64,000 bases of DNA from an uncultured Clostridium sp. (lineage in GTDB: Bacteria > Bacillota > Clostridia > TANB77 > CAG-508). The stretch is from the NCBI GenBank assembly GCA_902496295.1, contig CABVAF010000001.1:196568-260567 (forward strand), read 5' to 3'. Below the pieces are notes generated by a model that was not told the origin of the DNA, searched no databases, and saw only the letters and a program-made list of their open reading frames with translations. Every line of letters begins with the position of its first letter. The first letter of the stretch is position 1. Below, piece by piece: positions 45,892-55,619 of the stretch. The translations under genes were made by a program, and so were the position numbers.

Positions 45892-46854
45892 TTATTTTGT
45901 ACTTTTCTGATTCATCAATATTACTATATCTGGAACATAATACCAAATAATACATTTTATTTTACTTTTTATATCTATATTTTTATTACATATTATATCT
46001 GTTTTATATTTCTTTTTAGCTTTCCTTAATTTTTTTATAATATCTAAATTATTTTTTTTATCTTTTTTTAAATAGTATAAGCTGTGACTAGCACTTCTTA
46101 AATAATGTATTTTTAATTCATTTTTTATATATTCGTCCTGTATCTTTTCAATAAGTATATCTAATGCTATTAACGTCGTTAACCTTGCTTTTGAAAATTT
46201 TGTATTTAATACACTAGACTCTCTCTGGATATAATGATAAAATTTTTTATGATTATATATTACCTTATTTATTTTATTAAATATATCATAATTATAAACT
46301 AAATCTTCCAGTATTTTTAATCTTTCATCAAATAATTTAATATTTTTTTCTTCATCATATAAGACTTCTTTTTTATAAACCTTATTCCACAAAAAACCTC
46401 TATATGAATTATCATTAAAAAGATTTTTTATTGCTTCTTCTCTATCAAATATTTTTTTCTCTAAAGTTTTTTCTTTTGTGGTATCTCCAGTATCATATCC
46501 ACAAATTCCTATATCTGCGTTATTCTTTTCTATATCTTTTATCATTTCTTCATACATATTAGGTTCTATATAATCATCTGCATCAACAAATGTAATATAT
46601 TCTCCTGTTGCAATCAATAATCCCTCATTTCTAGCATGACATACTCCTTTATTCTTAGTTGATATATACTTTACTCTTTGGTCATTTTTTTCAAGTTCTA
46701 AACATATTTCATTTGCATTGTCCGTGGAACCATCATTAATAAGTATTACTTCTATATTTTTATATGTTTGGTTTAAAATTGATTCCACACATTTTTTCAA
46801 GTATTTTTCAACATTATATATTGGAACTATAATACTAATTTTCTTTTTTTCCAT
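45892..46854 (-). CDS. GT2-family glycosyltransferase
   Basis: ISIIVPIYNVEKYLKKCVESILNQTYKNIEVILINDGSTD, with DXD at FVDADDY. Confidence 0.9.
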   Translation of the reverse strand: MEKKKISIIVPIYNVEKYLKKCVESILNQTYKNIEVILINDGSTDNANEICLELEKNDQRVKYISTKNKGVCHARNEGLLIATGEYITFVDADDYIEPNMYEEMIKDIEKNNADIGICGYDTGDTTKEKTLEKKIFDREEAIKNLFNDNSYRGFLWNKVYKKEVLYDEEKNIKLFDERLKILEDLVYNYDIFNKINKVIYNHKKFYHYIQRESSVLNTKFSKARLTTLIALDILIEKIQDEYIKNELKIHYLRSASHSLYYLKKDKKNNLDIIKKLRKAKKKYKTDIICNKNIDIKSKIKCIIWYYVPDIVILMNQKSTK

Positions 46855-46886
46855 TTATAACCTCATTTTTATCTTATATAGCAAAA

Positions 46887-47870
46887 TTATTCCTTTTTCT
46901 TAATATGATTTCTTACAATATCATATAATTTAAATGTTATATCATATAATACTCTGAAATATCTTATTAAAAATAACTGAACTTTTCTACTCTTAGAGAT
47001 TGTTTTATCTTTTTCTAAAATAAAATAATATTTCTTAATTTCTGCCCTGATTTCTGTTTTTAATTCTAACATGTCTTTATTTTTACTATTCAATATATTA
47101 TCATATACACCTATTGAACAAAATATATAATTTCTTATCGCCGCTTCTCTTATTCCAGGATATTTTTCATTTACAAATTCAAGCAATTCTTTTGAAGCTT
47201 TCATTGCAGTTATATTTACTTTTTTACTATTAGTTATGCTACCTTTTCTTTGTCTATAATAATACATAGGAGTTGAGTCATAAACAATTCTAGAAGCTTT
47301 ATCTACTAACTTGTATGTAGTATAAATGTCTTCATTCACTTTACCTTTTGGATACCTTATATCTTTGAAAACTTCCTTTTTATATAATTTCGTATACGCT
47401 GACATTCCCATATATCCCATAGTACACATAAGTTCTATAGCTCTTTCACTATTCATTACCCTATAATAATTATTTGCATTTCCATATTTCTTTATTGAAT
47501 TGATATAAACAAAATATCTATTACAACATGAAATATCTGCATGTTCTTTTATCAGATTGTTATACAATAGTTTATACATATTTTCGTCAATCCAATCATC
47601 ACTATCCACAAAACCAATATAATTCCCAGTCGCTATCTCTATTCCTGTATTTCTAGCATCTGATAATCCTCCATTTTTTTTATGTATTACTTTTATTCGA
47701 TTATCCCTTTTGGCATATTCATCACATATATCAACAGAATTATCTGTTGAGCCATCATCAACTAATATTATCTCTAAGTTTTTGTAAGTCTGATTTATTA
47801 TCGAATCCAAACATTTTTTCAAATATGATTCTACATTATAAACAGGTACTACTATACTAATTTTATCCAT
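46887..47870 (-). CDS. GT2-family glycosyltransferase (tandem paralog)
   Basis: ISIVVPVYNVESYLKKCLDSIINQTYKNLEIILVDDGSTD, with DXD at FVDSDDW. Confidence 0.9.
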   Translation of the reverse strand: MDKISIVVPVYNVESYLKKCLDSIINQTYKNLEIILVDDGSTDNSVDICDEYAKRDNRIKVIHKKNGGLSDARNTGIEIATGNYIGFVDSDDWIDENMYKLLYNNLIKEHADISCCNRYFVYINSIKKYGNANNYYRVMNSERAIELMCTMGYMGMSAYTKLYKKEVFKDIRYPKGKVNEDIYTTYKLVDKASRIVYDSTPMYYYRQRKGSITNSKKVNITAMKASKELLEFVNEKYPGIREAAIRNYIFCSIGVYDNILNSKNKDMLELKTEIRAEIKKYYFILEKDKTISKSRKVQLFLIRYFRVLYDITFKLYDIVRNHIKKKE

Positions 47871-48951
47871 TTTTTTCTCCTAGACATCTTTCTAAAAAAT
47901 CTATAGACTTGTTTTTAAGTTCTTTTATTATATCATTTGTTCTTAAAAAATCTACTTTATTTGTTAATAAGTTATTGTTAACTACTAATCTGTCAGATAA
48001 ATTAATTTCTGTTAATAAATCTATCATCCTTGAGTTTTCTGTACCACTTTTCTTAAACTGATGAACTGGTTTATTATATATAATAGAAAATGATAATCCA
48101 TGAAATGAATTCGTTACCACCTCTTGTGCGTTTTTTACCAAGTTTACAAAGTCATAAGGTGTAGCATTATAGAAATACTTATCCACATCTAAAAATTTAT
48201 CTTCAAAATTAGTATTAATTGAATATATCTTGCAATTCCTATCATTGGCTAATTTTCTGGCATACTCATATAAATCTTTTTGTTGCTTAAAACCATATGC
48301 CAATATATATTTATCACTTTCTAAGTTAAGTTTACTTTTTTGAGCTATTTTATTCCAATCTTTAATATCTAATAAGTAAACTGGGTCTAATACCCTTTCC
48401 ACATTTTTAATACCAATTTCTTCCAGAAGTCTTATTGCTGTTTGCTCTCTTACAGAAATAAAGTCAAAATCTTTTAGATTTTCTCTAAATCTATCCTTTT
48501 GCTCCTCTGGTATTTCATCCATAGATATACTTGCTGCATAAGACATCTTTTCTCTATTTTTAGGGGTAAACCTTAAGAAAAATGCATCATCTTTTCCGTT
48601 TTCAATATTGCAATTCCAAATTTGGTCACTTCCTGTAATATATACATCAAAATCAGGTGTATTTTCTTTTAGTTCATCATATGTATAATATCTTTTTTCT
48701 GTTAAATAAACTTCCTCTCTTAAAAAGTTTCCGAATACTTGATTACTTTTTTTAAAATCATGATGCCTTAAAACAGGTCTTATTATTCTTTTCAATATGT
48801 TCTTATTATAACTTTTTCTAATATATTGTGGTGTATAATCTATTACTTCTGCTTCATATTTGCAATTTCTCAAGTATTTTTGTAAAGCATATGTTTGCAA
48901 AACTGCTCCATAATTGAAAGCTCTATGACATGTAATAACTCCTATTCTCAT
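47863..48951 (-). CDS. Polysaccharide pyruvyl transferase family protein
   Basis: MRIGVITCHRAFNYGAVLQTYALQKYL, GSDQIWN, VTNSFHGLSFSIIYNKP. It has 4- to 8-nt overlaps with both neighbours. Confidence 0.78.
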   Translation of the reverse strand: MRIGVITCHRAFNYGAVLQTYALQKYLRNCKYEAEVIDYTPQYIRKSYNKNILKRIIRPVLRHHDFKKSNQVFGNFLREEVYLTEKRYYTYDELKENTPDFDVYITGSDQIWNCNIENGKDDAFFLRFTPKNREKMSYAASISMDEIPEEQKDRFRENLKDFDFISVREQTAIRLLEEIGIKNVERVLDPVYLLDIKDWNKIAQKSKLNLESDKYILAYGFKQQKDLYEYARKLANDRNCKIYSINTNFEDKFLDVDKYFYNATPYDFVNLVKNAQEVVTNSFHGLSFSIIYNKPVHQFKKSGTENSRMIDLLTEINLSDRLVVNNNLLTNKVDFLRTNDIIKELKNKSIDFLERCLGEKNG

Positions 48952-50153
48952 TTTGTAACTCCTTCTCGTTTTATTATGTTTTTAAACTTTTCTTTTATTT
49001 CATTTTTAATATTTGCCATAACAATGAACTCCAATCGGCTTTTCCTTCTAATGTATTTTCTAATTGTTTTAATAAAATCATTACTTTTATTAAGTTCTTC
49101 AAAAAAAGATTTGCTATTCTGGGACATTTCAGATGGTTTAGACAAATTTCTATTATTTTTAATTATTTTTTGCATATTTTTTTCATCTATTTTTTCTGCT
49201 ATTTTTAATGATTTAAAAATTTCTTTGCCCTTTTCATTATTTGCAAAACATAAAGATATTCCAGCATTTGCATCTAACTTTTTATCTATTTCATCGATCC
49301 CCCAAAAATCACCGATAGTAATATCAGACACTCTTGTAGTTTTAGCAAATGGACAATTCGTGCAGCTTTCTCTATAAAATAAATCTTTCAAAAATCCTAA
49401 CATATACCAATTTTTAAATGAATATTCTTCTATGCATTTAGAATTTTCTAATTCGATTTTTACACAATAAGAATCTATTTTATTTCCTATTTTCTTTTTA
49501 TTTCTAAAAGTTATCTTTTTTACTTTGCTATGATATTTGTTTTCTAATGAATTTACATACATATTAAACACTTTTTGACTTGGTACTCCATGACATAAAA
49601 TATCAATGGTATAAAGATTTTTTTCGTTTTGGTTATTTATAAAATTCTTAAGTCCTGCCACTTGACATGGAGTTCCACTAAAAATAATTAAAGTATCGTC
49701 TTCTAGTTCTTTTTTTATATCGCTATATATTTTTTGCATGTTACTTTGCACATATTTAGATTTTTGTAATTTATTTATTTGTTTAATATCTGTTATTCCT
49801 ATGTGTTTAACTTTCAAATTATCATTCATGATAGCTCCATAAATCTTATATTTTTTTGGTTTTACATTTGATAAAATATTTTTTACTATTTCCACAAATG
49901 CACCACCAGAGGAACTTGTTTTAATAATTTCAGTTTGCCTAGATGTTAATTTATAAATTTCAAATTTTTCTGCTTGTTTTAATTTTTCATTATTTATCAT
50001 TGGACACACACTTATGCAACGACCACAGTTGATACAATTTTGCTTATTTATCTTAGGATATATAAACCCCTTTTCATCTTCTACCATCTTTATACATTTT
50101 TTAGGGCAAATTTGCTCACAAGCACTACATCCACAACACTTATTTTTTTCCAA
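48948..50153 (-). CDS. FrhB/FdhB-like protein with N-terminal 2x[4Fe-4S] ferredoxin domain (second copy)
   Basis: CCGCSACEQICP and CINCGRCISVCP, then SSSGGAF and GTPCQVAGL. A paralog of 39663..40838. Confidence 0.72.
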   Translation of the reverse strand: MEKNKCCGCSACEQICPKKCIKMVEDEKGFIYPKINKQNCINCGRCISVCPMINNEKLKQAEKFEIYKLTSRQTEIIKTSSSGGAFVEIVKNILSNVKPKKYKIYGAIMNDNLKVKHIGITDIKQINKLQKSKYVQSNMQKIYSDIKKELEDDTLIIFSGTPCQVAGLKNFINNQNEKNLYTIDILCHGVPSQKVFNMYVNSLENKYHSKVKKITFRNKKKIGNKIDSYCVKIELENSKCIEEYSFKNWYMLGFLKDLFYRESCTNCPFAKTTRVSDITIGDFWGIDEIDKKLDANAGISLCFANNEKGKEIFKSLKIAEKIDEKNMQKIIKNNRNLSKPSEMSQNSKSFFEELNKSNDFIKTIRKYIRRKSRLEFIVMANIKNEIKEKFKNIIKREGVTK

Positions 50154-50165
50154 TTATACAATCTC

Positions 50166-51233
50166 CTATCTATCAAAAATTGTTCTATAAGGTAATACTT
50201 TATTTCCATTTTTCATTCCTACACTATATATAAAATTAACTCCAAATGCTATATAATATCCCAAATATAATAATCTTCTTATATCTTTCCTTTTCTCTTT
50301 ACTCAACAGCAATGGTATCGTCAAAATTTGTACATGATAAAAATTCACAAAAATTCTTGAAGCCAAAGGAAAAGTTCCTAATAGTAACGAACATATTAAA
50401 GCAATAACATGTATATTAGTTAATATATTTAATTCGTCATCAAACTCTTTATTTCTTTTATCTTTTTGTTTATAATAATAACATAGTATTAAAGTAGAAA
50501 GATTGATAAGTGGAGAAATCATACTATTCTCTGACACGCTATATCTACCTGTTATATAATTTTCATATTTTGTTCCTACTGTAAACTTGACTATCAAGTT
50601 ATAAATTAAAGGCTGCGCTATAATAACTACTATTGCTATGATGATTAACAATTTTGGCTTTATTTTAAAATATGATACAAAATAAACTGGGATAAATATA
50701 AGTGCTATTTTATGTATAAAAGACGCTAAAATAATGATAACCATATATTTCATCATTTTTCTTTCTTTTATATATCTAATACAATATATAAAGATTGCAA
50801 TTACAATAGATTGCCTCATAACGTTCATTGCATAAAAGAAAAAACAAGAAGCGAATAAGATATAAAAGCTTAACGTAATATCTTTAGAACTTTTCATTAT
50901 TGCTTTATATATAAATATACAAAAAATAGCTGCAGTAAGTATAAATATTCCTGCATAGTCTTTAGTAAATAACAATACTAACTTATTTAATAAAACATAT
51001 CCAAACTCCACATTGCTATATTCTCCAGTTATTTTAACTGTTTCAAATATAGGTGCATATGTATAAAAATAATCTCGTCCAACATCATATCTTAATCCCA
51101 TTATTAGAAAAGGAATTAAAAATATCATTATTTTGCAGCCAAGTTCTAATCCTCTTTTTCCAAACTTTTTTGCTTTTTTTATTCCTATCGTCATTATAAC
51201 AGTAGATATTATCATGAAAACATATACAATCAT
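50166..51233 (-). CDS. EpsG-family membrane protein (Wzy-type repeat-unit polymerase candidate)
   Basis: 355 aa, about 10 TM. GLRYDVGRDYFYTY near the N-terminus is typical of EpsG. Confidence 0.72.
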   Translation of the reverse strand: MIVYVFMIISTVIMTIGIKKAKKFGKRGLELGCKIMIFLIPFLIMGLRYDVGRDYFYTYAPIFETVKITGEYSNVEFGYVLLNKLVLLFTKDYAGIFILTAAIFCIFIYKAIMKSSKDITLSFYILFASCFFFYAMNVMRQSIVIAIFIYCIRYIKERKMMKYMVIIILASFIHKIALIFIPVYFVSYFKIKPKLLIIIAIVVIIAQPLIYNLIVKFTVGTKYENYITGRYSVSENSMISPLINLSTLILCYYYKQKDKRNKEFDDELNILTNIHVIALICSLLLGTFPLASRIFVNFYHVQILTIPLLLSKEKRKDIRRLLYLGYYIAFGVNFIYSVGMKNGNKVLPYRTIFDR

Positions 51234-51263
51234 AAATTTCTCCTATTTCTTCTATTGTTCGAG

Positions 51264-52481
51264 CTATTCATTAATGATTTTTAAGAAATTAAAATAATAA
51301 TTATCTAAATTCAATTTCTTAACATTTTCTTTGCTTATTTCAGACATTTTTCCTCTTTTATCTTTATCACTTAATACATCTATAATAGCATTTTTTAGAT
51401 TATAAATCATATTTTCATTTCTTTTCAATATAATAGCACATCCATTTTTTGCATACTCTGGTATTCCTCCGGAATTAGTCGTTATTATTGGTAACCCCGC
51501 AGCCATTGATTCTATTATTGTTAACGGTGCAGGGTCATCCCATATAGATGGTAAAACAGCTATATCTGCAATAGCATATAATTTATAAATTTCCTTATAT
51601 TCTACATAACCAGTAAAAATTATATTTTTATTTATTTTTTTAACAAGTTCTTCTATTTCCATTTCATATTTAGTTTTAACACTTATCTTATTTAATGCTG
51701 CTCCAACAACTAATAGCTTTAAATTTTCAATTTGAACATTTGATAAAGCTTCTAATAATTCCTTTATTCCCTTTTCTGGAACAAGGCGTCCTGTAAATAA
51801 TAATATCTTATCCCCATTCTTTATATTGTATTTTTTCTTTATTTCTTGTTTTTCTACTTCATTTATTTTCTTTGAAAATTTTTCTGTATCTATTCCATTT
51901 CTTAATACAACACATCTGTCCTCATCAATTTCTAATTTTTTTTCTAAGCTATTTTTTATAAAATTGCTTACACATATAATTTTCGTAGTATTTTTGATAA
52001 TGCATTCGCATCCATATGTTCCTACAAATTCATTATGGCAATGATAATAATATTTATTTTGGTATTTTTGATAATTTTTTCTCCATTTTAATGCTAAATA
52101 TTGGGTTGGATGATTTTCAAGTAATACCTTATCATAATTATTTTTTTTTAAATTTTGACTAATTTTATTTAAAAAGTATAAGCGCTGAAATATAAATCTA
52201 TAACTTTGACTATTTGATTTTTTTAAAATATTTTTGGCTATTGAGAAAACAATTTTGTCAATTTTTTTTACAATTTTAGGTGGTTTTATAAATATAAAAT
52301 TAGTCTTTTGATATTCCTTAGATTCCTCTTTTGCTTTTTCATCATATATACTAAAAATATTAAATTCTATATCTGCTTTTTTTTCATTTTCTAATAATAA
52401 ATTCATTAACAAAGTTTCAACAGCTCCTCCTTTAGAAGCCGGAACTGGTAAAAATCCAGATGTTATTACTGCTAATTTCAT
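51264..52481 (-). CDS. GT4-family glycosyltransferase
   Basis: MKLAVITSGFLPVPASKGGAVE and DDPAPLTIIESMAAGLPIITTNSGGIPEY. Confidence 0.85.
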   Translation of the reverse strand: MKLAVITSGFLPVPASKGGAVETLLMNLLLENEKKADIEFNIFSIYDEKAKEESKEYQKTNFIFIKPPKIVKKIDKIVFSIAKNILKKSNSQSYRFIFQRLYFLNKISQNLKKNNYDKVLLENHPTQYLALKWRKNYQKYQNKYYYHCHNEFVGTYGCECIIKNTTKIICVSNFIKNSLEKKLEIDEDRCVVLRNGIDTEKFSKKINEVEKQEIKKKYNIKNGDKILLFTGRLVPEKGIKELLEALSNVQIENLKLLVVGAALNKISVKTKYEMEIEELVKKINKNIIFTGYVEYKEIYKLYAIADIAVLPSIWDDPAPLTIIESMAAGLPIITTNSGGIPEYAKNGCAIILKRNENMIYNLKNAIIDVLSDKDKRGKMSEISKENVKKLNLDNYYFNFLKIINE

Positions 52482-52497
52482 TTTTTATCCTCTTTTT

Positions 52498-53640
52498 TTA
52501 ACTAATTAATAATTCGTTGAATAGTTGCAAATTTTGTTGTACAACTTTTTGTATATCAAAATTACACCTTCTAATTTTGTTTTCTTCTATAATTCTTTCT
52601 TTTAAATTGTTATTTTCATATAATTCATTAATATTTTCATATAACATTTTATAATTATCTATTTCTGTTAAAAGTCCATTTTTTCCGTTTTCTATAATAT
52701 TACTAATTCCGCCAACATTTGTTGCAACAATTGGTTTATCGCATGCCATGTATTCTATTAAAACCAATCCAAAACCTTCCCATTTAGATGGAAGAACTGC
52801 AATATCAAATGCAGGGATATATTTCTCAACATTAGTGACCCAACCAGTAATGATAATCTTATCTAGTAATCCCGCTTGTTTTGCATATTGTTTCACCTCT
52901 TCTTCCAATTCACCTGAACCAACATACATTAAAGTTGTATTACTATGTTCTTTATTTAATAATTCAAAAGCTTTTATCATTGTCATAGGGTCTTTTTGTT
53001 CTGATAGCCTTCCAACTACACCTATTATTATTTCATCTTCTTTTATTTTATATTTTTTTCTAATTTCTTCTCTATCTTTATCATTATTATTAAACTTTAT
53101 AAAATCGATACCATTTTCAATAATACACATTTTCTTTGCAGGTGCTATTTTATATTGAATAGCTGAATCATATTCTGCTTTTGATATATTAATAATTTTT
53201 GTAGATTTAAAAGCTAATATTTTTTCTATAATAGCATAAACCTTTTTCTTTTTATCACTTATTTGTGCATTAAAATACCAACCATGTGCATTGTATATTG
53301 ACTTTATTTTTGTATTGAATAAAAGGGCAATTCTTCCTACTGCTCCGGCCATACTACTATGCATATATACTATATCTGGTTTTATTTTTTTTAATATTTT
53401 TCTTAATTTAATTACTGATTTAAATACGGATTTTATCTTTACATCTCGTGTCATCGGTAAATAATACACCTCTGATATAAATGGCTTAAACCTATCTATA
53501 TACTCTCTATATTCCTCTGAAATAACCAATATGTTATTGAACTTCGTATGGTCTATATTCTTTAAAAGCATGTACAAGTATTCAATTACCCCTCCATATG
53601 TTGGTTGAGATATATAAACTATAGTTTTCTTTTGCTGCAT
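52498..53640 (-). CDS. GT4-family glycosyltransferase
   Basis: WEGFGLVLIEYMACDKPIVATNVGGISNIIENGKNGLL. Confidence 0.85.
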   Translation of the reverse strand: MQQKKTIVYISQPTYGGVIEYLYMLLKNIDHTKFNNILVISEEYREYIDRFKPFISEVYYLPMTRDVKIKSVFKSVIKLRKILKKIKPDIVYMHSSMAGAVGRIALLFNTKIKSIYNAHGWYFNAQISDKKKKVYAIIEKILAFKSTKIINISKAEYDSAIQYKIAPAKKMCIIENGIDFIKFNNNDKDREEIRKKYKIKEDEIIIGVVGRLSEQKDPMTMIKAFELLNKEHSNTTLMYVGSGELEEEVKQYAKQAGLLDKIIITGWVTNVEKYIPAFDIAVLPSKWEGFGLVLIEYMACDKPIVATNVGGISNIIENGKNGLLTEIDNYKMLYENINELYENNNLKERIIEENKIRRCNFDIQKVVQQNLQLFNELLIS

Positions 53641-53641
53641 A

Positions 53642-54337
53642 TTAAATAGCTCCCTCTTTTTTTATAACTGACAAAATTGTTTTAAAGAATATTTTTACAT
53701 CTAATTTAAAAGAAATATTGTCTATGTAATAAAGTTCCATCTCCATCCTTTGCTCATAAGTAGTTGTACTTCTTCCATTTGCCGCCCAATACCCAGTAAG
53801 CCCTGGTGTTATACTTGAAAATTTTTCTTTATTTGTACCATATTTTTCCAATTCTTCTGTTACAACGGGTCTTGGTCCTATAATAGATAAATCTCCTTTT
53901 AGAATATTTAGTAACTGTGGCAATTCATCTAAACTAGTTTTTCTTAAAAATTTTCCTATTTTAGTTATTCTTGGGTCATTTTCTAGTTTAAAATTTGCTC
54001 TAAATTCTTCCATTTGTTCTGGTGTAAATTGTTTTATTAAGTCTTCCGCATTTTCAACCATTGTTCTGAATTTATATATGTACATTTCTTTTTCATTTTT
54101 GCCAATACGCTTGTGCTTAAAGAAAACTGTTCCTTTGCTTCCTGTTTTTATTAATATTGCAATTAATAAAAATACTGGAGACAAAACAACTAAACCTATA
54201 GTAGATAATAAAATATCTAATATTCTTTTAATGTATCTGCTATATATATTTTTTGTTTTCAAAATTTCTTTTGTCTCTTTTTTAGTTAATTCTAATGTAT
54301 CTGAATAATATGCAAATTCTTCTCTATTTGCATTCAT
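53642..54337 (-). CDS. Polyprenyl-phosphate sugar-phosphate transferase (bacterial sugar transferase, EpsL/WbaP C-terminal type); priming enzyme
   Basis: 231 aa, one TM. KFRTM, DPRITKIGKFLRKTSLDELPQLLNILKGDLSIIGPRP. Confidence 0.9.
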   Translation of the reverse strand: MNANREEFAYYSDTLELTKKETKEILKTKNIYSRYIKRILDILLSTIGLVVLSPVFLLIAILIKTGSKGTVFFKHKRIGKNEKEMYIYKFRTMVENAEDLIKQFTPEQMEEFRANFKLENDPRITKIGKFLRKTSLDELPQLLNILKGDLSIIGPRPVVTEELEKYGTNKEKFSSITPGLTGYWAANGRSTTTYEQRMEMELYYIDNISFKLDVKIFFKTILSVIKKEGAI

Positions 54338-54364
54338 TTCCTAGCCCCCTATTTTTAATTTATC

Positions 54365-55387
54365 TTAATAATTACCATACCCAGTCTTTTCTACTATGTC
54401 ATTACTAATTTCCTGTACAGTTTCAGATGGAGTATAATCATCTTCTCCAAATATTTCTTCGTGTAATTGTTTGACATTTGACTCTAAAGTAACTGGAACC
54501 CCATACCATCTATCCAAAGTAATTCCTTTAGTTTCATATGGCCAACCAATACTTTCTGTCATCTTATATGATAACATAGTTGGTGCTAAAGATATTACTT
54601 CATTTGGTTCTATATTTGTATATACTTCTGGTAAAATTTTATCTGCAAAATCATTTATTTCTCCAATACTTTTATCTTTTAATTTTTTAAACATTGCTTC
54701 TATTACAGTTCTCATTCTTTCAGTTCTTCTGTAATCTCCACCTTCTGTATATCTTACTCTAGAATATCCCACAGCTTGAACCCCATTTAGAGTTTGCATT
54801 CCTGCTTTTTCAATATATTCTGCTTCAAGTCCAGTATGTCTCGCTGTATCTTTTATTGCTGAATTTACAGCAGATATCTCATCTTCTTCTATTCTTATAT
54901 CTACACCGCCTAATGCATCTACAGCATCTGCAACTGCATCAAAATTAACTGTGACAAACTCTTTAATGTTTAAGTCTAAATTTTTATTTAATGTTTTAAG
55001 TGCAAGTTCTGGTCCTCCATAAGAATATGCATGTGTAATCTTATCTAATCCATATCCTTCAATATCTAAATATGTATCTCTATATACTGAAACTAAATTA
55101 ATTTCTTTTGTATCATTATTTATACTTGCTATAATAATACAATCGCTCCTATTTCCTGGTCCTAAGTCGCTATCTCTACTATCTACTCCAAATAATGCTA
55201 TATTTCTATATCCTGTTAAATTTTCTTCAACTTGCGTTTCTACGCCTAAATTATTTTCATCTATATCCACTTGTTGCATTTTGCTTAACTTACTATTTAA
55301 ATAAAAATACCCACTCAAAATAGCTGTAACTATAATAATTACAACTGCTAGAAGTATTATGCCTAATATTTTCAAAGCTTTTTTCAT
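54365..55387 (-). CDS. LytR-CpsA-Psr (LCP) family phosphotransferase
   Basis: 340 aa. N-terminal TM. NIALFGVDSRD...RSDCIIIASIN...SVYRDTY. Confidence 0.88.
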   Translation of the reverse strand: MKKALKILGIILLAVVIIIVTAILSGYFYLNSKLSKMQQVDIDENNLGVETQVEENLTGYRNIALFGVDSRDSDLGPGNRSDCIIIASINNDTKEINLVSVYRDTYLDIEGYGLDKITHAYSYGGPELALKTLNKNLDLNIKEFVTVNFDAVADAVDALGGVDIRIEEDEISAVNSAIKDTARHTGLEAEYIEKAGMQTLNGVQAVGYSRVRYTEGGDYRRTERMRTVIEAMFKKLKDKSIGEINDFADKILPEVYTNIEPNEVISLAPTMLSYKMTESIGWPYETKGITLDRWYGVPVTLESNVKQLHEEIFGEDDYTPSETVQEISNDIVEKTGYGNY

Positions 55388-55424
55388 AATCTGCCCCCAA
55401 ATTTTCCGTTAATATACATAGTTT

Positions 55425-55453
55425 ATTATACTATTTACTCCAAATTTTTACAA
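55425..55453 (-). promoter_or_regulatory. Candidate promoter of the EPS operon (TTGTAA-17-TATAAT)
   Basis: On the minus strand, the -35 is at 55448-55453 and the -10 at 55425-55430, about 40 nt upstream of the LCP start and downstream of the srtB terminator. Confidence 0.45.
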
Positions 55454-55574
55454 CCTTTTTTCGATTTTTTCTACGTTTTTTTGCGTATAAATCACTACAT
55501 TTTATCTTCCTTAGTATTTATTAGTTTTAATTAGCGGCTCGTTAATTGTTACAACTACTACATAACATTTTAAG

Positions 55575-55619
55575 CATAAAAAAAAGGTTATAGAACAATT
55601 AATTTCATTCTATAACCTT
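55575..55619 (-). terminator. Intrinsic terminator of the sortase gene (overlaps its last codons)
   Basis: AAGGTTATAGAA (55584-55595) pairs perfectly with TTCTATAACCTT (55608-55619), followed by U8 on the minus strand. Confidence 0.65.
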
